Assembly: GCA_015065725.1 (NCBI GenBank)
Contig: SVPV01000011.1
Location: 488 to 64,487, forward strand
Length of the DNA stretch: 64,000 nt
Direction: 5' to 3'
Origin: Oscillospiraceae bacterium
Lineage (GTDB): Bacteria; Bacillota; Clostridia; Oscillospirales; Acutalibacteraceae
Part shown: positions 1 through 8,361 of the stretch, in pieces
Position numbering within the stretch: the first letter of the stretch is position 1
How the letters are laid out: each line of letters begins with the position of its first letter
Made by a program: the position numbers and the translations under genes
The notes under the pieces: generated by a model
Seen by the model: the letters and a program-made list of their open reading frames with translations, nothing else
Told to the model about the DNA's origin: nothing
Databases searched by the model: none

Positions 1-929
1 AGTTTAGAGATTGGTGATTTACTTTTATTGTGACTAAAGCCTACTACACCCTCAGTAAGTTTCTGTGCCTTTGATATAAGTGTTGCGGCTATGGTATCTC
101 TGATTTTTTGTATATCAAAACCTATCTTATGGAGTCCCGTTAGTGCTGTTTCAAGCGTAGATTTAATTTGACTGTCATCAAGTATATTTAGCGAAAGCTG
201 TTTTTCGGCCTCCTTTAATATATCTGTTTCACCCGAAAGCAGCCTTATTGCTACCCATCTGCTGTTTATTGTTTCGCCCACAACTGCACGTACTGTAGGC
301 TCTAAGAGGCATATTGCACGCTCTATTTCTTGTGTGTATTCTATTTTAAGCGGTTTTTTATTTTCGGCTTCGACAGCTTTATCCAGTATCGCTTCAAGGT
401 TTTTTGTGCCGCCATGTTTTCCCGCCGAGGTGCCAACCACCGTCATAGAAAGTCGCTCAGATAAAAGCGGTAGATTGACACTAATGCCTCGCCTTTGGGC
501 TTCGTCCATAAGATTTACACATACTATCACCTTTTTAGATAGCTCGCTTATTTGTAACACTAAATTTAGGTTCCTTTCAAGGCAGGTAGCATCGCACACT
601 ACAACCACCGCGTCACCGCCGCTAAAGCATATAAAATCCCCTGCAACCTTTTCTTCGCGGCTGTGTGCTATAAGTGAATAGGTCCCTGGTATATCAATTA
701 AAAGATAATTGTACTTTTTACTTTTGTAATACCCCTCAGCACCGCCTACCGTTTTGCCCGCCCAGTTGCCTGTATGCTGATTTAAACCCGTAAGCTTATT
801 AAACAGGGTACTTTTGCCAACGTTTGGATTGCCTGCAAGTGTTACTATTTTATCTATACTGTCGTTTTTATGTAGGGATTCCTTTGTATTTGAAAGCATA
901 CTTTTAGACCAAGACATCGTAAGTCCCAT
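1..929 (-). CDS. feoB: Ferrous iron transporter FeoB, N-terminal GTPase part (3' end runs off the left window edge)
   Basis: Open minus-strand frame from ATG 929 to position 1; it is absent from the ORF track because no stop lies in the window. My translation: [48 protein letters not shown]...YNYLLIDIPGTYSL. It has the GNPNVGKST P-loop and DxPG motif of the FeoB G-domain and lies 11 nt downstream of feoA. The start (929, 917 or 899) is uncertain. Confidence 0.85.
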   Translation of the reverse strand, partial: MGLTMSWSKSMLSNTKESLHKNDSIDKIVTLAGNPNVGKSTLFNKLTGLNQHTGNWAGKTVGGAEGYYKSKKYNYLLIDIPGTYSLIAHSREEKVAGDFICFSGGDAVVVVCDATCLERNLNLVLQISELSKKVIVCVNLMDEAQRRGISVNLPLLSERLSMTVVGTSAGKHGGTKNLEAILDKAVEAENKKPLKIEYTQEIERAICLLEPTVRAVVGETINSRWVAIRLLSGETDILKEAEKQLSLNILDDSQIKSTLETALTGLHKIGFDIQKIRDTIAATLISKAQKLTEGVVGFSHNKSKSPISK

Positions 930-940
930 TTATTCGCCCC

Positions 941-1183
941 CTAATCAGTTGTCAGTACTGCTTCTACGGTGCTGGCGTCTTCCGACCTTATCGCTATAAC
1001 CGCCCCGCGTATTAAAAAAGCCGACGGATCCCCAAGCGGACTTTTACCCACACATGTAATATCAGTACCCTCTATCAAACCTAAATCTATAAAACGGCGT
1101 CGCATATCGCCCTTTGTATTAAGCCTCAATACAGTAGCATTTTGCCCTGCTTTTAGCATATCTATTGTAATTATTTCATCCAT
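941..1183 (-). CDS. feoA: FeoA family iron transport protein
   Basis: Small SH3-like FeoA sequence (GQNATVLRLNTKGDMRRRFIDLGLIEGTDITCVGKSPLGDPSAFLIRGAVIAIRSEDA). ATG 1183 is preceded by an AAGGTGA RBS; the track start at 1198 is a TTG without an RBS. Confidence 0.85.
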   Translation of the reverse strand: MDEIITIDMLKAGQNATVLRLNTKGDMRRRFIDLGLIEGTDITCVGKSPLGDPSAFLIRGAVIAIRSEDASTVEAVLTTD

Positions 1184-1357
1184 AGAAATCACCTTCAAAT
1201 GATTAAAAACATCTACTTATATAATATTCTGTTTCAAAAAATATGTGAATCGGGCATAAAAGTGCTATTTTTTCCTTTTTAATCTGAATTTATGTAGTAA
1301 AACAATTTAAAAATGTTGGTTTTTTGTTTTTTTTTCTGTTTTTTTTTGGTTTTACTG

Positions 1358-1386
1358 TTGACTTTCTTGTCCGTTTCTGTTAAAAT
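1358..1386 (+). promoter_or_regulatory. Sigma-A type promoter for the first BMC transcription unit
   Basis: TTGACT (1358-1363), 17-nt spacer, TAAAAT (1381-1386). It is preceded by a long T-rich tract (1320-1354) and followed by a GGAGG RBS before ATG 1436. Confidence 0.55.
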
Positions 1387-1435
1387 AGTATTCGTGAAAC
1401 TAGGGTGTTTTTCCGCCTTTGTAGGAGGTCATTAA

Positions 1436-1816
1436 ATGGATTTTGACAAGCTAATAAATAACAGTGAAAATAAAATGCGTATAATTCAAGAGTTAGTACC
1501 CGGTAAGCAGATAACTCTAGCCCACATAATTGCTAATCCGGACGAGATACTTTATCAAAAGCTAGGTCTTGACCCTGCTGAAAGCCACACAGGCACAGCA
1601 ATTGGCATTTTAACCGTAAGCCCAAGCGAAACAGCGATAATTGCGGGTGACATTGCAACCAAGGCTTCAGGTGCAAAGCTCGGCTTTGTGGACCGTTTCA
1701 GCGGCACCGTTATTATAACAGGCACCGTGTCAGAAGTTGAGGCATCTCTTAAAGCAATTACCGATTACATTTCTGAAAAGCTAGGCTTTTCGGTATGCGA
1801 AGTTACAAGAACATAA
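1436..1816 (+). CDS. BMC shell protein, circularly permuted PduU/EutS type
   Basis: IQELVPGKQITLAHIIANP...GILTVSPSETAIIAGDIATKASG...ITGTVSEVEASL parallels Salmonella PduU/EutS over its whole length, as recalled by eye. 126 aa. Confidence 0.9.
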   Translation: MDFDKLINNSENKMRIIQELVPGKQITLAHIIANPDEILYQKLGLDPAESHTGTAIGILTVSPSETAIIAGDIATKASGAKLGFVDRFSGTVIITGTVSEVEASLKAITDYISEKLGFSVCEVTRT

Positions 1817-2238
1817 TGAAAAAGCTTATATTAATGGGTAAAAGCGGTGCGGGTAAAACCACCCTTACCCAAGCACTTCGCGGTGAAAATGTTACATATA
1901 AAAAAACACAGTACATAAATTACGGTGATTTTTTGATAGATACCCCAGGTGAATATGCCGAGAACCGCCATTTAGGTGCCGCACTGGCACTCTACGCTTA
2001 CGAGGCTGATGTTGTGGGACTCTTGATTTCTGCTGACGACCAGTTTTCCCTATTTCCGCCAAACATAACATGTCTTGTAAACCGTGAGGTAATTGGCATT
2101 GTAACAAAGAAATATAAAGGTAATCCCGATAGGGCTGAAAGATGGCTAAGACTTTCGGGTTGTAAGACAGTTTTTAGAGTTGATTCCGTCACGGGCGACG
2201 GTGTTGACGATATTTTAAAGCACATAGGGATTTGCTAG
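1816..2238 (+). CDS. EutP/PduV family small GTPase (BMC-associated)
   Basis: P-loop GKSGAGKTTL, DTPGE and the size are typical of EutP/PduV. Start taken at ATG 1816 (TAATG overlap with the preceding stop) rather than the track's 1795. The last 3 codons and the stop lie inside the 80-nt repeat at 2228-2307. Confidence 0.85.
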   Translation: MKKLILMGKSGAGKTTLTQALRGENVTYKKTQYINYGDFLIDTPGEYAENRHLGAALALYAYEADVVGLLISADDQFSLFPPNITCLVNREVIGIVTKKYKGNPDRAERWLRLSGCKTVFRVDSVTGDGVDDILKHIGIC

Positions 2239-2307
2239 TATTTTAACAAAGCCACAGCACAAAATCCTTATTCCAAAATCTGATTCAGGTTTGAATGCTT
2301 TGGCTAG
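2228..2307 (+). repeat. 80-nt dispersed repeat, copy 1 (partner at 42527-42606, minus strand)
   Basis: GGATTTGCTAGTATTTTAACAAAGCCACAGCACAAAATCCTTATTCCAAAATCTGATTCAGGTTTGAATGCTTTGGCTAG matches the reverse complement of 42527-42606 at 73/80 positions (hand alignment, no gaps). Confidence 0.85.
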
Positions 2308-2402
2308 GTGCAAAAAAAGCACAATAAAGCCCGTTTTAGTGTCGAAAACAACAAAATACCAACAAAATTCGGTCAAAATCCAAAAAAAATACTTGTTTTT
2401 TG

Positions 2403-2431
2403 TTGACTTTACGCCGTTTATGTGGTATTAT
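2403..2431 (+). promoter_or_regulatory. Sigma-A type promoter (extended -10) for the aldolase-to-pduL unit
   Basis: TTGACT (2403-2408), 17-nt spacer, TG-n-TATTAT (2423-2431); 54 nt upstream of the aldolase ATG. Confidence 0.6.
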
Positions 2432-2484
2432 GTTGTTATAAAAAATGTAATCATAAATATAATCATAAAAAAGGAGTAAGATTT

Positions 2485-3282
2485 ATGGTAAACGAGTACG
2501 AAATCAAAAAACAAATTTGCGAAATCGGTAAGCGTATTTACGATCGCGGAATGGTTGCTGCTAATGACGGTAATATCTCTGTTAAGATTAGCGACAACGA
2601 ATTCCTCTGCACACCTACAGGTGTTAGTAAGGGCTTTATGACACCCGAGTACATCTGCAAGGTTGACAAGAACGGTAAGGTGCTTCAGGCTAACCCCGGT
2701 TTCAAGCCCTCTTCTGAAATTAAGATGCATATGCGTGTTTATAAGGAGCGTCCCGATGTTAAGTCGGTAGTTCACGCTCACCCGATGTATGCAACAGGCT
2801 TTGCTATTGCAGGCATTCCGCTAACACAGCCCATTATGCCTGAGGCTGTTATCGCTTTAGGTTGTGTTCCGATTGCTAAGTACGGCACACCCTCTACAGA
2901 AGAAATTCCGGATGCAGTAAGCGAGCATTTACAGTATTTTGACGCTGTTCTTCTTGAGAACCACGGTGCATTAGCATACAGCGACAGCCTTTTGAATGCT
3001 TATCACAAGATGGAGTCTGTTGAGTTCTATGCACAGCTTCTCTTCATTTCTCAGCAGTTAGGCGGACCTAAGGAACTTTCTGAAGCTCAGGTACAAAGAC
3101 TTTATGAGATTCGCCGTCAGTTCGGTCTTCCTGGAAAGCATCCTGCAAACCTTTGCCCCAACGCTAAAGAGGGTAAAGCAAGCTGTCACGGTTGCGGCGG
3201 AAGCTGCAGCGGCAAATGCTCAAATGAAAGCGATATGGTGGCTGAAATCACACGTCGCGTAATTGAGCAATTAGGTAAGTAA
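2485..3282 (+). CDS. Class II aldolase (L-fuculose-/rhamnulose-phosphate aldolase family) with C-terminal Cys-rich linker and encapsulation helix
   Basis: AANDGNISVK, SSEIKMH, VVHAHP and LLENHG align by eye with the Zn-His and active-site segments of E. coli FucA. AAGGAG RBS at 2471-2476 supports ATG 2485, not the track's 2422. The C-terminus is CPNAKEGKASCHGCGGSCSGKCSNESDMVAEITRRVIEQLGK. Confidence 0.9.
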   Translation: MVNEYEIKKQICEIGKRIYDRGMVAANDGNISVKISDNEFLCTPTGVSKGFMTPEYICKVDKNGKVLQANPGFKPSSEIKMHMRVYKERPDVKSVVHAHPMYATGFAIAGIPLTQPIMPEAVIALGCVPIAKYGTPSTEEIPDAVSEHLQYFDAVLLENHGALAYSDSLLNAYHKMESVEFYAQLLFISQQLGGPKELSEAQVQRLYEIRRQFGLPGKHPANLCPNAKEGKASCHGCGGSCSGKCSNESDMVAEITRRVIEQLGK

Positions 3283-3295
3283 TTGAGGTTTTATT

Positions 3296-3775
3296 ATGGA
3301 TGAAAAGGCCCTGCGTTCCATTGTAAATACGGTGGTACAGCAAATAAAGGCACCACAGGATATAACGCTCGATATAGCTTTAGCTCTTACTAAAAAGGTA
3401 AAGGCCAAAGCAAATGAAATGGGTGTTAAAGCGGTCGTCGCTGTTTCTAACAGAGCCGCTCGTCCGGTTCTGGTGGAATGTATGGACGATTCATATATTG
3501 CAAGCTATGATATAGCGGTGCAAAAAGCCTTTACCGTAGTATCGCTTAAGATGTCTACTTCAACACTAAAACCCCTCGCTCAACCGAACGGTCCTCTTTA
3601 CGGTATACAGTTTACTAACGACGGACAGATAGTAATATTCGGTGGTGGCGAACCGCTTTTAGATTCTAACGGCAACGTAATCGGTGGAATCGGCGTTAGC
3701 GGCGGTAGCGAAGAGCAAGACATTGCTCTGGCGGCTTACGGTAAGGAGATTTTTGAGAAAGGAAGCATATTTTAA
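3296..3775 (+). CDS. GlcG/HbpS/PduO-C-terminal-like (DUF336) haem-binding-family protein with N-terminal encapsulation helix
   Basis: AVVAVSNRAARPVLVECMDDS...AVQKAFTVVSL...IGGIGVSGGSEEQD is typical of DUF336. The N-terminus MDEKALRSIVNTVVQQIK is an amphipathic helix. Confidence 0.75.
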   Translation: MDEKALRSIVNTVVQQIKAPQDITLDIALALTKKVKAKANEMGVKAVVAVSNRAARPVLVECMDDSYIASYDIAVQKAFTVVSLKMSTSTLKPLAQPNGPLYGIQFTNDGQIVIFGGGEPLLDSNGNVIGGIGVSGGSEEQDIALAAYGKEIFEKGSIF

Positions 3776-4980
3776 TGGATATTAATTCTTCTAATATCGA
3801 GGAAATTGTTCGTCAGGTACTTGACAGTATGAACGGCAAGCCAGTAGCTGCTCCAAAGGCTGCAGGTGGACAAATTCCTACAAAATCCCGTGCTGCAATG
3901 CTTACAGCCCTCGAAAAATACGAGATTAAAGAGTTCAACATTCCAGAGCTTGGTGATGATGACATTTTAGTTAAGGTTGAAGGCTGCGGCGTTTGCGGTA
4001 CAGACGCACACGAATTTAAGCGTGACCCATTTGGTCTTATCCCACTTGTTTTAGGACATGAGGGTACAGGCGAAATCGTAAAGATGGGTAAAAACGTTAA
4101 GAAGGACAGTGCAGGCAAGCCCCTTAATATCGGCGACAAGGTTGTTACCTGTATGATATTTAAGGATGACCCGAACATAACAATGTTCGACCTTAATAAA
4201 CAAAACGTTGGCGAAGGTGCTGATGTTTACGGTCTTCTTCCCGATGACGACATTCACCTAAACGGTTGGTTTGCAGATTACATTGTAATCCGCGGCGGCT
4301 CTACCGTATTTAATGTAAGTGATTTAGATTTAGACTCACGTATACTTATCGAGCCATGTGCCGTACTTATTCACGCTGTTGAGCGTGCGAAGACTACAGG
4401 TATTCTTCGTTTTAATAGCCGCGTAGTAGTACAAGGCTGCGGACCTATCGGTCTTATATGTATAGCTATTCTTCGCACAATGGGTGTTGAGAATATCGTT
4501 GCAGTTGACGGTGAGGATAAGCGTCTTGATTTTGCACGTCAAATGGGTGCAAACGCTGTTGTTAACTTTAAGAATCATAAGGGTATTGAGGCTTTGGCTG
4601 AAGGCGTTAAGGAAGCATTTGGCGGCTACTATGCCGACTTTGCATTCCAATGCACAGGCTCACCTATCGCTCACGCTAACATTTATAAGTTCATCCGCAA
4701 AGGCGGCGGACTTTGTGAGCTTGGTTTCTTCATCAATGGTGGCGACGCTACTATTAACCCACACTTTGATATCTGTGCTAAGGAAATCACAACCGTTGGT
4801 TCTTGGGTATATACACTCCGCGATTATGCAACCACATTTGATTTCTTAAAGCGTGCTAAAGCTATCGGTATTCCGCTAGAGAAGCTTATAACACACAGAT
4901 TCCCACTTTCCGAAATTAATGAGGCACATATAACCAATCTTAAGATGGAAGGTTTAAAGATTGCTATCATTAATGAATAG
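3775..4980 (+). CDS. Zinc-dependent (MDR family) alcohol dehydrogenase with N-terminal encapsulation helix; predicted aldehyde reductase of the BMC
   Basis: CGVCGTDAHE, GHEGTGEIV and the GCGPIGL Rossmann motif. A ~35-aa N-terminal extension (SSNIEEIVRQVLDSMNG + PVAAPKAAGG linker) precedes the catalytic domain. TAATG overlap with the upstream gene. Confidence 0.85.
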   Translation: MDINSSNIEEIVRQVLDSMNGKPVAAPKAAGGQIPTKSRAAMLTALEKYEIKEFNIPELGDDDILVKVEGCGVCGTDAHEFKRDPFGLIPLVLGHEGTGEIVKMGKNVKKDSAGKPLNIGDKVVTCMIFKDDPNITMFDLNKQNVGEGADVYGLLPDDDIHLNGWFADYIVIRGGSTVFNVSDLDLDSRILIEPCAVLIHAVERAKTTGILRFNSRVVVQGCGPIGLICIAILRTMGVENIVAVDGEDKRLDFARQMGANAVVNFKNHKGIEALAEGVKEAFGGYYADFAFQCTGSPIAHANIYKFIRKGGGLCELGFFINGGDATINPHFDICAKEITTVGSWVYTLRDYATTFDFLKRAKAIGIPLEKLITHRFPLSEINEAHITNLKMEGLKIAIINE

Positions 4981-5002
4981 TTATCCAAGGGAGAGAAATT
5001 AA

Positions 5003-5317
5003 ATGGGTAAAGCAACAGGTATTGTTGAGGTTTACGGTCTTGTAGCTGCATTTGTTGCTTGTGATGCCGGTTGCAAAGCAGCCGACGTTACGGTTGAATA
5101 TTTCGACAAAAACAAACCCGGTAACCCCGACGAATTAACTGTTCCGCTTATTGTAGCAGTTAAGTTCAGAGGTACCGTGGCAGCAGTTGAGGCTGCTATA
5201 GAGGCGGCAAAGAATGCTGCCGAAGAGGTTTCGGGGGTTGTAACAACACACATTCTTACAAGCACCGAGCCTGACACAGAGGCTATGTTAAAGATAAACG
5301 CTTTTGATAAAAATTAA
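5003..5317 (+). CDS. BMC-H shell protein (divergent single BMC domain)
   Basis: [28 protein letters not shown]...[15 protein letters not shown] follows the Pfam00936 pattern, with an insertion ([17 protein letters not shown]). AGGGAG RBS. Confidence 0.8.
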   Translation: MGKATGIVEVYGLVAAFVACDAGCKAADVTVEYFDKNKPGNPDELTVPLIVAVKFRGTVAAVEAAIEAAKNAAEEVSGVVTTHILTSTEPDTEAMLKINAFDKN

Positions 5318-5346
5318 AATTAAATTTACTATTGGAGGAAAATCAA

Positions 5347-5622
5347 ATGTCTAAAGAAGCTCTTGGTATGGTAGAAACTCGCGGTTTAACCGCAGCTATT
5401 GAAGCAGCAGATGCTATGGTAAAGGCTGCTGAGGTAACACTAATCGGCACCGAAAAAATCGGTTCCGGACTTGTATCTGTTATGGTTCGCGGCGACGTAG
5501 GAGCTGTTAAGGCTGCTGTTGAAGCTGGTTCTTCTTCTGCATCCAGACTAGGCGAGCTAGTTGCTGTTCACGTAATCCCCAGACCCCATGCAGATGTTGA
5601 GAAGATTCTTCCAAAGCTTTAA
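5347..5622 (+). CDS. BMC-H shell protein, PduA/EutM type
   Basis: [58 protein letters not shown] is the canonical PduA/EutM sequence. ATG 5347 follows a GGAGG RBS (5334-5338); the track start 5332 is a TTG inside the RBS. Confidence 0.93.
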   Translation: MSKEALGMVETRGLTAAIEAADAMVKAAEVTLIGTEKIGSGLVSVMVRGDVGAVKAAVEAGSSSASRLGELVAVHVIPRPHADVEKILPKL

Positions 5623-5652
5623 TCTCATCCACGTTTGAGGAGTCGTTAAATT

Positions 5653-5946
5653 ATGAAGTCTATAGGACTGATAGAAGTATCGGGAGTAATTGCCGCGGTA
5701 GACTGTCTTGATATTATGTGCAAGTCGGCTGATGTAGAGCTTGTAACATGGGAAAGAAAACTAGGCGGCAGACTTGTTACTGTTGTGGTTGAAGGTAGTA
5801 TTTCAGCCGTAACCGCAGCGGTAGAAAACGCAATTGCTAGTGCAATAATAACTCCCTGTGCACATGCTGTAATTGCAAGCCCTCACGAAGAGGTAGAAAG
5901 ATTACTAAAAGTTAGTGCATCTAGAATTAATAAGGCAGGTAAATAG
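5653..5946 (+). CDS. BMC-H shell protein (divergent)
   Basis: [29 protein letters not shown]...[17 protein letters not shown] follows the BMC-domain pattern. GAGGAG RBS. Confidence 0.85.
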   Translation: MKSIGLIEVSGVIAAVDCLDIMCKSADVELVTWERKLGGRLVTVVVEGSISAVTAAVENAIASAIITPCAHAVIASPHEEVERLLKVSASRINKAGK

Positions 5947-5948
5947 AA

Positions 5949-6317
5949 ATGGCAGAAGCAAAGAAAACTACTACAACAACAAAAAAAGAAACTGCAGAAG
6001 CAAAAGCACCTGCACCCGTTGTAAAGGAGGTAAAGAAAATGGCACTTGAAGCATTAGGTATGGTTGAAACCAGAGGTCTTGTAGCCGCTATTGAGGCTGC
6101 AGATGCTATGGTAAAGGCTGCTAACGTTGAGCTTATCGGCACTGAGAAAATCGGTTCCGGACTCGTATCTGTTATGGTTCGCGGCGACGTAGGAGCTGTT
6201 AAGGCTGCTGTTGAGGCTGGTTCCTCTTCGGCTAGTCATTTAGGCGAGCTTGTTGCTACACACGTAATTCCAAGACCTCACAATGATGTTGAGAAGATTC
6301 TTCCCACATTAAAGTAA
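5949..6317 (+). CDS. BMC-H shell protein, PduA/EutM type (long form; a 92-aa short form would start at 6039)
   Basis: The core [34 protein letters not shown]... is near-identical to the next gene. ATG 6039 has a perfect AAGGAGG RBS (6024-6030). ATG 5949 would add a 30-aa K/T/A-rich extension ([30 protein letters not shown]) but has only a weak RBS. Confidence 0.9.
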   Translation: MAEAKKTTTTTKKETAEAKAPAPVVKEVKKMALEALGMVETRGLVAAIEAADAMVKAANVELIGTEKIGSGLVSVMVRGDVGAVKAAVEAGSSSASHLGELVATHVIPRPHNDVEKILPTLK

Positions 6318-6363
6318 GTCTTAGAATATAAAAACTGTTAATCATTTTAAGGAGGATATAATT

Positions 6364-6642
6364 ATGGCACTTGAAGCATTAGGTATGGTTGAAACCAGAG
6401 GTCTTGTAGCTGCTATTGAGGCTGCAGATGCTATGGTAAAGGCTGCTAACGTTGAGCTTATCGGTACTGAGAAAATCGGTTCTGGACTCGTATCTGTTAT
6501 GGTACGTGGCGACGTAGGTGCAGTTAAGGCTGCTGTTGAAGCTGGTTCTTCTTCTGCAGGTCACTTAGGCGAAGTTATCGCTACTCACGTAATCCCCAGA
6601 CCTCATGGCGATGTTGAGAAGATTCTTCCCACATTAAAGTAA
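6364..6642 (+). CDS. BMC-H shell protein, PduA/EutM type (tandem paralogue)
   Basis: 92 aa with only a handful of differences from residues 31-122 of the previous gene. AAGGAGG RBS at the same spacing. Confidence 0.93.
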   Translation: MALEALGMVETRGLVAAIEAADAMVKAANVELIGTEKIGSGLVSVMVRGDVGAVKAAVEAGSSSAGHLGEVIATHVIPRPHGDVEKILPTLK

Positions 6643-6656
6643 TTTAATTCTTTTAT

Positions 6657-6693
6657 GAGGGAGAGATTATTCTCTCCCTCGGGGCCCCTTTTT
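6657..6693 (+). terminator. Intra-operon hairpin / partial terminator after the BMC-H gene block
   Basis: GAGGGAGAGA-TTAT-TCTCTCCCTC (10-bp perfect stem, 6657-6680), then GGGGCCCC and TTTTT (6689-6693). It lies in the 109-nt gap before the pentamer gene. Confidence 0.55.
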
Positions 6694-6751
6694 CAAACTT
6701 CGATTTGAAAGCTAATTGTGAATATAACCTTACGAAAGAATAGGTGACACG

Positions 6752-7024
6752 ATGATTGTCGGTAAAGTAGTTGGAAGTATTGTTTCCACTAGAAAAAATG
6801 AAAATCTTGTAGGCTCCAAGTTTATGGTTATAGAGCCTGTTAAAAAGCTTGGCGACCCTAATCAAAAAATAGTTGCAATAGATAATGTAGGTGCAGGCAT
6901 TGGTGAAATAGTGCTTGTAGCCACCGGCAGTGCAGCAAGAATAGGCTGTGGCATGGAAGATTGCCCTGTAGATGCTGCCATAGTAGGAATTGTAGACAAC
7001 GGAATTGGTTTGCCGGAGCTATAG
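6752..7024 (+). CDS. BMC-P vertex (pentamer) protein, EutN/CcmL/PduN family
   Basis: MIVGKVVGSIVSTRKNENLVGSKFMVIEPV...GAGIGEIVLVATGSAAR is the typical Pfam03319 pattern. 90 aa. Confidence 0.9.
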   Translation: MIVGKVVGSIVSTRKNENLVGSKFMVIEPVKKLGDPNQKIVAIDNVGAGIGEIVLVATGSAARIGCGMEDCPVDAAIVGIVDNGIGLPEL

Positions 7025-7027
7025 AGA

Positions 7028-8350
7028 ATGGAACTTAATAAACTTAAAGATATCTTGCGTGACGGCGGTGTCGTAGGTGCAGGCGGAGCAGGTTTCCCCA
7101 CCTATGCAAAGTTAGACCAAAATGCCGATACGCTGATACTAAACTGTGCGGAGTGCGAACCGCTTTTAAAGCTTCACCGTCAGGTGTTAGAGCGTTATGC
7201 TAAAGAAATACTCCACACACTTAACTTAATCGCGAAAGCAGTAGAAGCAAAGCATGTGTATGTTGCTGTTAAAAGGTCATATCAAAAGACTATTGAGGCA
7301 GTAAAACCCTTGCTCAGCTTCTTTGAAAATATTGAAATATGTGAATTGCCGGAGGTTTATCCAGCCGGTGATGAGGTTGTTTTAACCTATGAGGTAACAG
7401 GTCGCGTGGTGCCTGCAGGCTCTATTCCGATAGCAGTAGGCGTTACGGTGCTTAATGTTGAAACCGTTTATAACGCTTACCGTGCATTAAACGGATTGCC
7501 TGTAACCTATAAGTTTGTAACAATAGCAGGTGCTGTTAATAATCCTGTTACTGTTCAAGCACCTATTGGTATTAAAATTAAAGAGTTGTTGTCACTTGCA
7601 GGCGGCGTTAATATAGAGAATCCTGCATTTTTAATGGGCGGTCCTATGATGGGCAAACTAGGCAGTGATTCTGAAATTGTTACCAAAACCACCAACGCTG
7701 TATTGGTTTTACCAAACGACCACCAAATAATTAAGAAAAAGCAAACAAAATCCTTTATTAATATGAAAAGGGCTATGGCGGCTTGCTGCCAATGCAGTTA
7801 TTGCACCCTTTTGTGTCCTAGAAATTTACTAGGTCACCCAATTGACCCCAGCGAGTTTATGAGGGTTGCTTCAAACTCGATTACAAACGAGGCTGAGCCC
7901 TACATAAATTCACTTTACTGCTCGTCTTGTGGTCTTTGCGAAATGTACTCTTGCGGACAGGGACTTTCTCCCCGTTCTTTACTTGAAAACTGCAAAACTA
8001 CATTAAGGCAGAATGGCTTAAAACCGACTCCGGTTGAGCCAAATGGCGTGTTTGAAGAAAGAAATCGCAGACAAGTTCCTATGGGACGTCTTTTAGCACG
8101 ACTTGGGCTTAACCCTTATAACAAAACGGCTCCTATGTCGGATATGTCGGTCAAAGCCGAACGTCTTTCAATTCTCTTGTCCCAACACATTGGTGCACCC
8201 GCTGTGCCTGTTGTGAAGCAGGGAGATAAAGTAAAAGAAAACCAGCTTATAGCCGAAGCCTCAGACGGTCTTAGCGTAGCAATACACTCCCCCGTTAACG
8301 GAACTGTTAAGGCAGTAGGCAAAAAAGCAATCATTATAATGGCTGATTAG
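7028..8350 (+). CDS. PduS-like / RnfC-family flavin and 4Fe-4S oxidoreductase
   Basis: GAGGAGFPT (nucleotide/FMN site of the Complex1_51K-RnfC family), an SLBB-like middle region, and two cluster motifs CCQCSYCTLLCP and CSSCGLCEMYSC. The C-terminal segment (GAPAVPVVKQGDKVKENQLIAE...VNGTVKAV) resembles a barrel-sandwich hybrid domain. Confidence 0.8.
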   Translation: MELNKLKDILRDGGVVGAGGAGFPTYAKLDQNADTLILNCAECEPLLKLHRQVLERYAKEILHTLNLIAKAVEAKHVYVAVKRSYQKTIEAVKPLLSFFENIEICELPEVYPAGDEVVLTYEVTGRVVPAGSIPIAVGVTVLNVETVYNAYRALNGLPVTYKFVTIAGAVNNPVTVQAPIGIKIKELLSLAGGVNIENPAFLMGGPMMGKLGSDSEIVTKTTNAVLVLPNDHQIIKKKQTKSFINMKRAMAACCQCSYCTLLCPRNLLGHPIDPSEFMRVASNSITNEAEPYINSLYCSSCGLCEMYSCGQGLSPRSLLENCKTTLRQNGLKPTPVEPNGVFEERNRRQVPMGRLLARLGLNPYNKTAPMSDMSVKAERLSILLSQHIGAPAVPVVKQGDKVKENQLIAEASDGLSVAIHSPVNGTVKAVGKKAIIIMAD

Positions 8351-8361
8351 GAGGTAACATC

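Noticed and set aside
1320-1354. Long T-tracts (two runs of about 9 T) upstream of the BMC promoter as a slipped-strand phase-variation switch.
   Set aside because: The tracts lie upstream of the -35 box, not between -35 and -10 or in a coding region. Length changes would therefore not alter promoter spacing. An UP-element-like or curved AT-rich region is more likely.
2291-2484. ORF 2291-2479, and the N-terminal extension of the aldolase ORF from 2422.
   Set aside because: Both overlap the promoter (2403-2431) and the repeat. The aldolase family alignment and the AAGGAG RBS point to ATG 2485.
6653-6865. Minus-strand ORF 6653-6865.
   Set aside because: It overlaps the intra-operon hairpin and the start of the BMC-P gene, lies antisense to the operon, and has no RBS.
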